Below are positions 18,329-28,581 of a DNA stretch of 62,006 bases, piece after piece. Both the position numbers and the translations under genes were made by a program. The stretch is from a virus. Its lineage: Duplodnaviria; Caudoviricetes. The stretch lies in the IMG/VR virus record IMGVR_UViG_3300033182_000774, positions 1-62,006 of that record, one strand, 5' to 3'. Every line of letters starts with the position of its first letter. Position 1 is the first letter of the stretch. The notes below the pieces were generated by a model. It was not told the origin of the DNA. It did no database searches and worked only from the letters and a program-made list of their open reading frames with translations.

Positions 18329-21300
18329 TGAGCAACCAAAGCGATTTCCAGCAATGGAAGCTTTGGAATAGTATCCCTGGCGAGAGTGAAGAAGACGCAG
18401 TAGAAAGGTTTTCCAGAAGGTTTGGTTTAGATGCTGCGGAAGCTCAAGAACTTAAGGATGCTAATCCAAGTCTTCCAACGCAACAATATGTTCAGCAGGA
18501 AGAACCAGGATTCGGCACCCAACTAGAGGCTGGATTATATGAAACTCAGAAGGGTTTTGGAGAAGCCATTGAGGGTACTGCTGCTGGTTTTCTTGACGAC
18601 ATGGGCCTTAGTGGCCTGTCTGATTATGCTGAACAGTATGGCCGCGAATTATCTGCGGATGCGCGTCAGGAACTTCAAAGATTCCCAGATCCCCAAACCC
18701 GCCAAGAATTAGAAGAGTCAGGCACCCTGATGGGTGCGTTCTATAGGGACTTTGTTCCTGAAGGAATTATGTCTCCGCAGGAACTTGGCCGTAGTGTCGC
18801 TCCATCATTGGCCCCAGCTGGAGTAGCCCTTGGGGCTGGCCTTATTGCTGCTCTTGCTGCTCCCAAGTTCATCCCTGCCGCCCTTACCTATGGTGGCATC
18901 AAAGCAACATCTATTTTCACTGGGGCAACCTCTGCCGCAGTCGGTAACCTCACTGGATCTTTTATGGTTTCTGGGGAGGAATACGAATCTGGTAAAGAGA
19001 ATCCTGAAATCCGTAATGCGCTTGGCATCGATGCCAACGTACCCTTCAAAAACTTATCACCACAAGAACAGCAAGCTGTTGCTGAGTCAGCCCAGAATGT
19101 CGCCAAAGACACGATGGTCGAAAGGCTCTACACCAGTGGCGCATTAGAGTCCCTTGCCTTCATCCCCTATGGTCCGCTTGCCATAAGATACCTTGCAGAT
19201 GTTGCACTCGGTGCAACCTCTGAGGAACTAGACCGCAGACTTGGTGCATCCAATGTTGTGGATGAGCTTGTCAGGCTTGGTGTTGACCGGGAAGAGATTC
19301 CAGAATTGAAGGAGCGTGTGCTGGCCTTGAGGCCATCGATGCGGGATACCCTGCTCAATGCTGCGTTAATGGAGGGGATTGCAGGGGCACCAGTAGCAAT
19401 TACGGAGAGTGTTGCATCAAGGGTGCTGGACCCACGGGTAGACAAGACTGCATCAGACAGCAAGCTGATGGCTGAGATGAAACAGAAGGCACGACTGGAG
19501 TCTGAGAAGCAGGGCTTGATTGAGATGCGGGAACGAAACCGCGCAGAGAAAGAAGCAAGGCAGGAAGAGGAAAGACAACGGGCCAACGAAATTAAGGAAC
19601 GTCAGGCGGCAGAGAAAAGCGCACTTAACATCCTGAAGATTGAAGACCAGAAAATCAGGAACCAAAAGTCTGCGCTGGAGTTAAAGAATGCTGAAGGCCA
19701 GACCACAGGTTTTCAGGATCAAATCCTTCCGTCACAAAAGCGATCACTGCGGGACAGGATCAAGGGTGTACAGCCTAAAACAGATCGTCCAACAGAGCCT
19801 GAAACTGCATTACAAAAACTACAGAGGCAGGCACAAGCTGGTGGTGAGGCAAGGCTGGCAAAGGAGACAAGACAACAGTTTGAAGCAACCACTGAGGAAC
19901 GTGTCACAGAACAGGAATGGGCAAAATCAGAACAACGTGAAGCAGAATCGTTTGAGGACCAGACTGCTCAGAGTTTACAGGAGGATCGGTATCTAAGACA
20001 GGTTGCTCAGGAAAATAAAGAGTTTGCTGATTCAGCAAGAAGGGAAGAGGAAGCCCAACTAAAAAAATATCAGAGTATGGGGCTGAAGTCCTGGAGTAAG
20101 CGTGGTGACTATGTAGACGGGGAAACACCGTTGATGTCTGCTGGGCAAGCAAAGTCAGTCCTAAAAACAATCCAAAGCTACTTCCCAAAGGCAAAATTCA
20201 AAATTGCCGCAAAGAGTCTCAAAGGGAATCTGCTTGATCCTAATTCCAAGGAAATTTTAGCAACTGGTGAGGAGGTTAATTCTGAAGGATTCGTCCTTAA
20301 CGAGATGGGGGACCAGACTCCAGTTTATCTGGTGCCAGAAAATCTAACGAAAGAATACCTTGGCGATGATGTTAATAGTGCGGTTGATCGTATGGTTGAG
20401 GTCGCTTTTCATGAGTACCTTGGACACTACGGACTCAGAAGGATGTTCAATGCAGGAAAATTTAATCCTGAAAAAGGAGAGTTTTCTGGCTCACGCTACA
20501 ATAAATTTATTAAAAAATTTGAACTTAAAAACCGCAGAAAAATCAATGCTTGGGCGAAAGGTGACCAGTATGGGGATGCTTCCCAGTTTGTTAAGGCGGA
20601 AGAATACATCGCGCGGAACTTTGCGGAAAAGGGTGTTCCAGAATTAAGCTTCTTCAGGTCGCTGGCTGTTGACATCAGGAATGCAATCCCCGGAGGCCAG
20701 TTCAGGCTCACGGAGGATCAGGTCATCAAGGTGCTTCAGGATGTGCAGAAGCAGTATGCTGGCTCTGACAGAAGCATTCTGGCAGGCACCAGCGCAACCG
20801 CAGAGGTTGGGAAGGATCAGGAAGAGGCACCAAAGATCAGTGCTTCCATGCGGATGATGCCAAAGACCAAGAGTTTCAAGAATTGGTTTGGGGAGTCAAA
20901 GATGGTTGATGAAGGGGGGAAGCCTCAAGTTTTCTACCATGGCACCCGTAGTAAAGATTTTGAATTCTTTAGCAAGGATGCCGCTAAGGAAAGAGGTGGG
21001 CTTTTGGCTTTTTTCGCTGAAGATCCAATGATGACCATGGAATTTAGTGGTGAAAAGGGACAAGTCATTCCTGCTTACATTAAGTCTGACAATCCATTTG
21101 ACATATCGAATAAAGAACATAGAAAAGCCTTAACAGACTACATGCTTGAGGAGGGGAGAGAGATTCCCCGCAGTCTTCAAAAAACAATTAAAAATTTATC
21201 TCCAGACCTTGTTGGTTCAGAAGAACTTTCAGCTTTGAGAGATTTTGGTAACTGGAATGATGTTTGGCCTGAACTCAGAAAAACTATTTTGAAAAATGTG

Positions 21301-24300
21301 TTTCAGGATTTAGATACGAGTTTAGTGAATTGGAGGGTACTGGAAGACCCTTTTGTGGTGAAAGCAATAAAAGGGTTTGGCCACGATGGTATTTACGTTA
21401 ATGAGTCGATGTTTTTTGAGCCAGGTCAATACAAAAATAATGAACGCGCTTTTAGTAAAGATTTTAAAAACATAGCTGTATTTGAACCAAACCAAATCAA
21501 ATCCACCTTCAACCGAGGGACATTCAGTAAAGACACTCCAAACATTTCCCAGTCCCGCAGACCAACAGATTTTGACCGCTTTGTTTCCTTTGGCGGGAAG
21601 GCCCCATTAAGACAATACGACAAGAAGAAATTTGATCCTGCTAGGGCACCAAAGAAGACCGCAGAAGACGCAGAGCGTTACGTTGATGCGACCATACTGG
21701 AGGCGATGAAAAACAAAGTCTGGCCTGAGCGATTGGTCAAGGACCTGATGGACTTTGACAGGTTCCCAAAAGTGTTTCAGGACTCCTTCAGAAAATCCCT
21801 GAAATCTGGACTCAGGAAGCGGGAACAGGAACTGGCTAATGCGGTCCTGATGAAAGGCCGTGAAGCATATCTCCAGAAAAAGAAGGGAAATGTCACACCT
21901 AGTGTTACAGCACCCAAGGGTTTTGAGTCTGGTGGTGCCAGATGGAAGGAGTTGGTTGACGATGTTCCGAAGTGGGCGAGGACTACGCCTGAGATTCAGA
22001 GGGCGATGAGGAAGTCAAACATATCTTCTTCCTTACGGCCAGTAGACGCAGACCCAGATCGGTTCAAGCTAGATCCACGGGTGCAGAAGATCAACGAGGA
22101 TCTTGCATCTGGGAAGATCGACAAGGCAACCCAGACTGTCCGGGTGAACAAAATTCTTGGGGAGATCAAACCTTTTAAGGCGGTGCCAGAGCCATCCACC
22201 ATTAACCAGATCAAGGATGCACTTGGCAAAAAGTGGGAGAGGAAATTCATTATTGGCGACAAGGGTCAGAACATCGAGCAGGGTCGCAGGACCTCTGCAC
22301 GTCTGGACATCAACGCATACAAGTTTAAGAACACCTGGGTGCCAACCATTCATGATCCTGAAAACAATAACCAAGTCATTGCCTATGGTCCGACTGCACA
22401 TTTGAAGAATGTCGAATTCCATGGACGAGGAAGTCTGGAAGCTTATGTCGGTAAGGCGTTGAAGGTCGGGTTGACTGGTGCGAAGAACCCGTTTGCGATG
22501 TATGACGGGGACTGGCAACAACACGATGTAAATGCCCTCACAGAGCGCGCAAAAAGCCTCATGAACGACAAAGAATGGACTCAGGTAGGAATGAATCCAT
22601 ACCGACATTCTTTCTTCTATGACCGATCTGGAGGACAGCGAAATGGGCGACCTGTAGTCGGTGCTGATGAGGTGATCCAGATTGGCGGAATGTTGCTGGC
22701 AAAGAACGTCAAATACGGAAACACAGGCGACTTCAAAACCAAGTTCAAGGGCAAAAATATTTCGTTTTCCAAGAGGCTGAAAAAGGCTTCAGATGAAATG
22801 GCCAGCAACCCTGATTTCCAGAAATGGTTCAAAAAATCAAAAATCGTGAATGACGATGGAACCCCAAAAGTGGTCTACCATGGCACAATGTCTGAGAACG
22901 ATTTTAAGACATTCACCGACGAAGAGGCTGGCATGTACCGCGGTGGGCTACTGGCATTTTTCAGTGAAGACCCAACCTTCGCAGATATCTACGCCGGCGG
23001 AGATCCGATCAAGGGTGATGTCAGACCAGAATTAGGCAGAATCCTTCCTGCATTCATCCGTTCAGAAAAACCCTTTGACTACCTCGATGCAAGAGCAGTG
23101 AAGAAGGTGGTAAAGAGCTATCTGAAGGAAGGGCAAGTTTCCAAAAACCAGGCAGATAAAATTGAGTACCTAGACAACGAGGGGGTGATCAGTCTGGGAC
23201 CAAAGTACGCAAACAAGGCAATCACACCATCGGTAGTCAACGAAGAAATACTAACTGAGGCGGTATCCAGTGGCGCATGGGAAGTGATTGAGGATGCATC
23301 CTTCGTTGAGCATGTCCGTGACATGGGATACGACTCAGTCTATGTATCGGAAGAAGGCTCCCGCAACCTAGCGGTGTTTGAGCCACAGCAAATCAAATCT
23401 GTCTTCAATAGGAAGCCGACTGACTCCCCACTGATCAGCCAATCCATCCGTCCGGGGAAAGTTGTTTCTGAGGGTGCGTTTAACCCAATCACTGCAAGAA
23501 TCCTGAGCCGATCTTTGAGGCCAGAAGTCTTGGCAGAGATCAAGGATGGCAAGTACATTAGGATCGCAAGTGATCGATTTGCAACTGGCACCTATAAGCC
23601 AATCGATCCAAACAACCCCTACCTAAAAGATTTCTACATGCGCGGTGGCGTGGGCTACACCATGATCCCAGAAAACCGGGAGGCTGGCGCAATGTGGGCA
23701 TCCGACGACGAAGGAATCCAGCAGGACATTATAAACAAGATTCTTAATGGGGTGCGGTACGGACTGACCTACCTAATGAATCCTGATTCCCATCTCAGCA
23801 ACCGCGCATTTTGGAAAATCTACGAAGGCGAAACACAGTATGCGCTGGACAAGGGTGAGATCGATGCTGACCGGCTGAATGCAAGAATACAAGAGATCCT
23901 AGACAGCACAGCAAAAAAGTGGGCGGACAAGAAGGACGCACCAGGATTAAAAACCATGATCTCAAAAGCGAAGGGTGCGACAAACTGGGATAAGGTTAAA
24001 AGTGTCATCCCTGACAGCACATTTGAGCAACGCAAGGACCTAGTCAAGTGGCTGGGTGGAGATCCTTTCAAGAGCGGGAATTCTAAACGTGCTGCGGATC
24101 TGGCGCAGGGTGCATTTGACGAAGGCAAGCGTACTACAGTCTACGGGGCCGACACCAAAGAACTGTATAAGCGGACCACACAAAATGAAGCCGTGAGGAA
24201 CGCCCCATACGGCGCAGTGATGTCGATTGCGGAATTCTTTCCTGACTTCAAGGGCAAGATGCTCAGTAAGGAATTCGGAAAAAATCTGACAGCAAAGGAC

Positions 24301-27273
24301 TTTGGAGTCACAGAGCATGAAGCCTATAAATACATCCTCCCCGGAAAAGACATTGCGGTGTTTGAGGAACCAATCGCAATGGACGAAGCATTTGATGAGT
24401 GGCTGGTCGTCAGGAAGCAGATTGCTAGAAGAGCAATCAAGCAATATGCAGATCGATATGACCTAAATAAAAATGATGTGAAGGATGTTTCCAAAGCAAT
24501 GGAGAAGATTGAGAAATCCCCACTGCACAGCAACACCGATATTGCTGACAAGGAAGCAAAAATCTTCAGGGGGCACTTCAATGCTATCAAGGCAGAGAAG
24601 GCAAGCGAGATGGCCAGAGCATTGTACCTCGGCGGTCAAGCATTCACGCCACGGACTGAAGTCCTGAACAAGGCTACCCAAGTCCCGCCCGTTGACGACC
24701 CTGGATACCTGAGCAATCCAATTGTCCAAAACTTCATATCCGCGTCACTGAGGCGCAGTGCCAGAACTAGCACTCTCCCTCCCCGCCCCACCGGGGTGCT
24801 AGGTGGCCTGCGCTCTCTGGTTGGCAGAATGGAGCCGCTAACCGATATAAAAAACAGGGAACTATTTCTGACACTCCGCAGGCTGGCAAAGGGGGAGATT
24901 TTCCGTGCAGAGGAAGTTGGAAAGAAAGTCTACGATGCACTGAAGGCCAGCACCGACACCGCAAACCTGTACAAGTATTTTACGACTAAGGGCCAATCTC
25001 CATCGATCATAAAAAATCCGAAAGAGCGTCAGATGGCAATTGACGCAAAGAAGATGATTGAGGATGTGGGGAATGCATTGGTTAAAGCAAAACTACTGAA
25101 GCAATCCACACTGGATGCGATGGAGGGTGAATATCTGCCAAGAGTTTACCTGAAGCATTTACTGAACGAGGGTGACAACAGGCGACTCGCTCAGGGAATG
25201 AAAGCAGACTTATCATACCTCAAGCAACGTAAGGATATCCCCCCAGCTGTAAGGGATCTGATCCTTGGAGAAATTAAGACCCAGGAGGGGGCACCCGCCT
25301 ATTTAGCCTCACGCGCCATCATGCAACCCGCGCGTGACATTGCGTTGCTAAATTTCCTGGGCAAGATCGCAACTGAATCGATGACAAAGAGGCTGGACTG
25401 GGTCCTGCCTCAGAGTCTGGTAGAATTCAACACACTGGATGAGTTGAAGAATATCGCCAAAGGCGAGAAGGACTTGAACCAGTTTCTCAAGGATCTGGAT
25501 CTTGATGACGACTTCAGTGGTGTAGGTAAAATGGTAACGCCTCATTTCCTAGAATCAGAGGCTGACCGAATCCAAAAACAGATATTCCCTGTCTTAAAAG
25601 ATAAGAAACTCAAACTGGCAAACAAGCTGGTCGCAAGGATGCGGGAGGTTGCCGATAGCGGTGTGGATCTCGCAGACCAAGAAAGAGTTTCCATCTCAGC
25701 AGAATATAAACAAATTCCGAAACAACCCCGTTACGGTGCCCTTGGGGGCATGTATGTCAAAAAATCCATCTACGATGACGTGGTGGGTGGATTCAATATG
25801 ATTCGCACTGGCGACGAATCCTGGGCTGAAAGAGTCCTTGGAAACACTGGAGCCATGGGAACCTTTTCCCGCTACTGGAAGTGGGCGAAGGTTTCTGCGA
25901 ATCCGCCATCTCACGTCAGAAACTTTATCTCAAACCTTATACTTATGAATCTGGGCGGGATGCCTTTTTACAAGATGCCCGGATTATTTTACCGCGCTAT
26001 CCAAGACATGCGTGGCGATACCGGCTCCTACGCCATAGCGAAGGATATGGGGCTGACTGCGACCACGTTTTCCAATGTCGAGTTGGGAAGGATAGAAAGG
26101 GAATTTAAGGATCTTCAAGTCCGAATGAAGAAAGGAGGTGATCAGAGTCCACTCAAAATCTACGGAATGGTTCGTCACGTCCTTGGGACTGGAATGGATA
26201 AAGTCGGAGACATGTATGGTTTCATCGATGCCCTTGGTAAAACGATGATGCTGAAACATGAGATGGATAATAACGGGTTGACACAAGAGGAGGCGGCTGG
26301 ACAAGCGGATAAATGGCTGTTTGACTATTCGTTGGTCCGCCCCTCGGTCAAGTATGCCAGAAACACTTCTCTCGCACCGTTCCTGACTTTCCAGACGAAG
26401 GTGTTGCCTCTGCTGTTAGAGACTGCATTGACGAAGCCGTGGAAATTCGCACCATACTATGCACTGTCTTGGGGGTTGGCCAAGATGTTTAAGGAAAACC
26501 ACGATCTGGAGGATGAACAATATGAAGCACTACTGGAAACACTGCCTGAATATCTTAGAGAGAAGGCTAAGGTTCTGATGATTCCGGGGACTGACATCCC
26601 CATTATTCCGAGTAACGTGGTTGCCCTTCCATGGTTGGATGAGCGCGGGAAGATCCAGTTTCATGATCTCAGCTATCTTTTTCCATGGGGTATGTATAGT
26701 GAGCTCGCCTCTGAATTGTCTCAGGGACAGATTGGCGATGCGATTCAAACTGTAGGTATTATGGGTGGGCCTGCGATCAATATTGCGACTGCAATACAAA
26801 CCAATACTGACCCGTTTACAAGGCGGGAAATTGTTAATCAATTTGACACACCAACTGAAAAAGCGGCCAGCGTAGTTAAGTACGCATACAATTTAAGTGC
26901 GCCTCCATTTGCACACCTAGATTTTGGTGCAGTGAAGCGCGCACTTGAAGGGTGGCTGGAAGTTAAAACCAGAGAGGGGGAGGTAAGATTTACCCCATTT
27001 CAGGGTGCGTTGAGGCTGGTTGGTCAGAACATTACTCCGATTGCTCCGATTGAAGCACGTCGAAAAAATCTAAGGTTCATGCAATCTAGACTGGCGAAGC
27101 TGATTGCTGAAAGAAACAGGACCTTGCGTGACATGCGAAAAATGGAAAAATCGAGGGAGGATATAAATGAAGAAAGACAGGCTTATGGAGAGAAGATCCA
27201 GAAGCTAAGGAAAGAGATTAACGAATACAGGAAAAACTCAAAGGTGCCTTCCAAATTCAGGGTGGCGAGCTAA
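18328..27273 (+). CDS. Giant polyvalent virion or ejection protein (zincin metallopeptidase plus two ADP-ribosyltransferase-like domains)
   Basis: HEYLGHYGLR..AEE zincin motif; two F.NWF..SK.V...G.P.V.YHGT...QIKS.FN domains of ART-PolyVal type; helical C-terminus. Confidence 0.8.
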   Translation: MSNQSDFQQWKLWNSIPGESEEDAVERFSRRFGLDAAEAQELKDANPSLPTQQYVQQEEPGFGTQLEAGLYETQKGFGEAIEGTAAGFLDDMGLSGLSDYAEQYGRELSADARQELQRFPDPQTRQELEESGTLMGAFYRDFVPEGIMSPQELGRSVAPSLAPAGVALGAGLIAALAAPKFIPAALTYGGIKATSIFTGATSAAVGNLTGSFMVSGEEYESGKENPEIRNALGIDANVPFKNLSPQEQQAVAESAQNVAKDTMVERLYTSGALESLAFIPYGPLAIRYLADVALGATSEELDRRLGASNVVDELVRLGVDREEIPELKERVLALRPSMRDTLLNAALMEGIAGAPVAITESVASRVLDPRVDKTASDSKLMAEMKQKARLESEKQGLIEMRERNRAEKEARQEEERQRANEIKERQAAEKSALNILKIEDQKIRNQKSALELKNAEGQTTGFQDQILPSQKRSLRDRIKGVQPKTDRPTEPETALQKLQRQAQAGGEARLAKETRQQFEATTEERVTEQEWAKSEQREAESFEDQTAQSLQEDRYLRQVAQENKEFADSARREEEAQLKKYQSMGLKSWSKRGDYVDGETPLMSAGQAKSVLKTIQSYFPKAKFKIAAKSLKGNLLDPNSKEILATGEEVNSEGFVLNEMGDQTPVYLVPENLTKEYLGDDVNSAVDRMVEVAFHEYLGHYGLRRMFNAGKFNPEKGEFSGSRYNKFIKKFELKNRRKINAWAKGDQYGDASQFVKAEEYIARNFAEKGVPELSFFRSLAVDIRNAIPGGQFRLTEDQVIKVLQDVQKQYAGSDRSILAGTSATAEVGKDQEEAPKISASMRMMPKTKSFKNWFGESKMVDEGGKPQVFYHGTRSKDFEFFSKDAAKERGGLLAFFAEDPMMTMEFSGEKGQVIPAYIKSDNPFDISNKEHRKALTDYMLEEGREIPRSLQKTIKNLSPDLVGSEELSALRDFGNWNDVWPELRKTILKNVFQDLDTSLVNWRVLEDPFVVKAIKGFGHDGIYVNESMFFEPGQYKNNERAFSKDFKNIAVFEPNQIKSTFNRGTFSKDTPNISQSRRPTDFDRFVSFGGKAPLRQYDKKKFDPARAPKKTAEDAERYVDATILEAMKNKVWPERLVKDLMDFDRFPKVFQDSFRKSLKSGLRKREQELANAVLMKGREAYLQKKKGNVTPSVTAPKGFESGGARWKELVDDVPKWARTTPEIQRAMRKSNISSSLRPVDADPDRFKLDPRVQKINEDLASGKIDKATQTVRVNKILGEIKPFKAVPEPSTINQIKDALGKKWERKFIIGDKGQNIEQGRRTSARLDINAYKFKNTWVPTIHDPENNNQVIAYGPTAHLKNVEFHGRGSLEAYVGKALKVGLTGAKNPFAMYDGDWQQHDVNALTERAKSLMNDKEWTQVGMNPYRHSFFYDRSGGQRNGRPVVGADEVIQIGGMLLAKNVKYGNTGDFKTKFKGKNISFSKRLKKASDEMASNPDFQKWFKKSKIVNDDGTPKVVYHGTMSENDFKTFTDEEAGMYRGGLLAFFSEDPTFADIYAGGDPIKGDVRPELGRILPAFIRSEKPFDYLDARAVKKVVKSYLKEGQVSKNQADKIEYLDNEGVISLGPKYANKAITPSVVNEEILTEAVSSGAWEVIEDASFVEHVRDMGYDSVYVSEEGSRNLAVFEPQQIKSVFNRKPTDSPLISQSIRPGKVVSEGAFNPITARILSRSLRPEVLAEIKDGKYIRIASDRFATGTYKPIDPNNPYLKDFYMRGGVGYTMIPENREAGAMWASDDEGIQQDIINKILNGVRYGLTYLMNPDSHLSNRAFWKIYEGETQYALDKGEIDADRLNARIQEILDSTAKKWADKKDAPGLKTMISKAKGATNWDKVKSVIPDSTFEQRKDLVKWLGGDPFKSGNSKRAADLAQGAFDEGKRTTVYGADTKELYKRTTQNEAVRNAPYGAVMSIAEFFPDFKGKMLSKEFGKNLTAKDFGVTEHEAYKYILPGKDIAVFEEPIAMDEAFDEWLVVRKQIARRAIKQYADRYDLNKNDVKDVSKAMEKIEKSPLHSNTDIADKEAKIFRGHFNAIKAEKASEMARALYLGGQAFTPRTEVLNKATQVPPVDDPGYLSNPIVQNFISASLRRSARTSTLPPRPTGVLGGLRSLVGRMEPLTDIKNRELFLTLRRLAKGEIFRAEEVGKKVYDALKASTDTANLYKYFTTKGQSPSIIKNPKERQMAIDAKKMIEDVGNALVKAKLLKQSTLDAMEGEYLPRVYLKHLLNEGDNRRLAQGMKADLSYLKQRKDIPPAVRDLILGEIKTQEGAPAYLASRAIMQPARDIALLNFLGKIATESMTKRLDWVLPQSLVEFNTLDELKNIAKGEKDLNQFLKDLDLDDDFSGVGKMVTPHFLESEADRIQKQIFPVLKDKKLKLANKLVARMREVADSGVDLADQERVSISAEYKQIPKQPRYGALGGMYVKKSIYDDVVGGFNMIRTGDESWAERVLGNTGAMGTFSRYWKWAKVSANPPSHVRNFISNLILMNLGGMPFYKMPGLFYRAIQDMRGDTGSYAIAKDMGLTATTFSNVELGRIEREFKDLQVRMKKGGDQSPLKIYGMVRHVLGTGMDKVGDMYGFIDALGKTMMLKHEMDNNGLTQEEAAGQADKWLFDYSLVRPSVKYARNTSLAPFLTFQTKVLPLLLETALTKPWKFAPYYALSWGLAKMFKENHDLEDEQYEALLETLPEYLREKAKVLMIPGTDIPIIPSNVVALPWLDERGKIQFHDLSYLFPWGMYSELASELSQGQIGDAIQTVGIMGGPAINIATAIQTNTDPFTRREIVNQFDTPTEKAASVVKYAYNLSAPPFAHLDFGAVKRALEGWLEVKTREGEVRFTPFQGALRLVGQNITPIAPIEARRKNLRFMQSRLAKLIAERNRTLRDMRKMEKSREDINEERQAYGEKIQKLRKEINEYRKNSKVPSKFRVAS

Positions 27274-27315
27274 CGGAATTATTTGTTCTCCTTTGTTCTC
27301 CGTTCAAGATCGAAG

Positions 27316-27418
27316 AATCATCAATAAAATCAATGCTATGTGGAGTCACTCGGTGATTAGAAGTCAGTTGCTCTATCCAGTTGAGCTACGGGCGCAGTTA
27401 CTGATATTATTGATGATT
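27316..27418. other. Predicted attP
   Basis: tRNA fragment flanked by 16/17 inverted repeats AATCATCAATA(A/T)ATCA at 27316-27332 and 27402-27418, directly after the integrase stop. Confidence 0.8.
27354..27395 (-). pseudogene. 5' half of tRNA-Arg(TCT), the attP identity block
   Basis: GCGCCCG TA GCTC AACTGGATA GAGC A ACTGA CTTCTAA TCA: acceptor 5' strand, D-arm and anticodon loop; no T-arm or 3' acceptor strand follows. Confidence 0.88.
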
Positions 27419-27443
27419 TTACTAAAACCTCATGCAGAAACAA
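27416..27443 (-). promoter_or_regulatory. Possible sigma70 promoter reading into the tRNA fragment
   Basis: TTGTTT-N16-TAAAAT, ending 20 nt before tRNA position 1. Confidence 0.35.
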
Positions 27444-27474
27444 CTTCTGAATGGAGAACACGTTCTCCTTTGAA

Positions 27475-28581
27475 TTAGAGAACACTTGCTGCTTTTGATC
27501 CACTTCTGCGTCTTTTTGCACGGTAATATTTCTCAGTAGTTGAGATGTTATGGTGACCACTGTGATCATGCACTTCTGCCATTGTTGCACCAGCTTCTAC
27601 CATCAAAGTAATACCTGTTCTTCTCAGCGTTTGTAAAGGGGCATATTTAGGTAATCCAGCCCTGTCTCTAATGTCACCGAATCTTTCGGTAAGATGTCCG
27701 TATCTTTCATAATCACGCTCACCATTCCCCTTATCCAAAAACCATTTTCTGTTGCTGGAACCATCACCCAGATCCTTGATTAAAAAATCTGTGAGTGTTT
27801 GATTGTGTAATTCATTTTCTCTTGGCTTACCCATCTTTGGCAACCAGTCTAAATCTTCAACTTTTTTTATGACAATTCGTGGCGGTTCAGTGTTCATTAT
27901 GATCTGATCCAAAGGGAGTGTCCAAACCTCGGACATCCTCATGATGTTATAGTAACAGAGCATGAAAGTCCTGTTCAAATTTATATCACCCTGAGCAAAA
28001 GTTGCCTCCTTGTAAATCTCGATCTGTTTTCTGGTGAATGTCTCAATGAGTTTTTCGGATTTTGAGACTTTGGGGGGCTTGATCAGATGCTTCAGTTTCC
28101 CTGTCGAGTGGCACCATGTGATGAAGATCTGGAACTGACGTTGATGGCAGTTCACTCCTTCATCCGTGATCCTCGGTAACGACCAGAGGAATTTCTCGAA
28201 AGTGGAGGCGTGTTCCCATGAGTATTCGTCTAGATCATGGTCGCCAATAGCTTCCAGATAGAGATCCGTGGTTCTCTTATAGAAATCCAGTGTCTTCTGT
28301 TTCTTGTTGGATCTTCTTGAGGATGGGCATCCATGCTCATGCCACTGGATGATTGCACTAGAAATAGGATTCTTGATATCTGGTAAGATCCCCCGCTCCT
28401 TTTTCAACTCCTCGTTCTTTTTCTCCCACAACTGATTGATGACGAAGTTGGGAAGACTCTCGTCTTTGGTGAGAAGCTTGATCGGGGCACGGGACTCTCC
28501 GGGGAGTCTCGCATCATGGAAACGTCCCCAGAACCCTTCACGATTCTCAAGTGCGAAGATCTTGATCTTCTTGTTGGCCAT
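27475..28581 (-). CDS. int: Tyrosine integrase
   Basis: IMRMSE (R), PKMGK (K), LQTLRR, SGH..STTEKYY (H, Y); likely start MANKKIK at 28581, coupled to the upstream TGA. Confidence 0.9.
   Translation of the reverse strand: MANKKIKIFALENREGFWGRFHDARLPGESRAPIKLLTKDESLPNFVINQLWEKKNEELKKERGILPDIKNPISSAIIQWHEHGCPSSRRSNKKQKTLDFYKRTTDLYLEAIGDHDLDEYSWEHASTFEKFLWSLPRITDEGVNCHQRQFQIFITWCHSTGKLKHLIKPPKVSKSEKLIETFTRKQIEIYKEATFAQGDINLNRTFMLCYYNIMRMSEVWTLPLDQIIMNTEPPRIVIKKVEDLDWLPKMGKPRENELHNQTLTDFLIKDLGDGSSNRKWFLDKGNGERDYERYGHLTERFGDIRDRAGLPKYAPLQTLRRTGITLMVEAGATMAEVHDHSGHHNISTTEKYYRAKRRRSGSKAASVL

Noticed and set aside
12996-26841. Many antisense and alternative-frame ORFs inside structural genes
   Set aside because: Shadow ORFs without RBS or motifs; only the 42812-43099 overlap elsewhere has a recognisable signature.
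18328-27273. N4-like virion RNA polymerase
   Set aside because: No recognisable single-subunit RNAP motifs; the visible motifs are zincin and ART-like.
27354-27395. Functional phage tRNA gene
   Set aside because: The anticodon stem breaks after TCA, and there is no T-arm or 3' acceptor strand.
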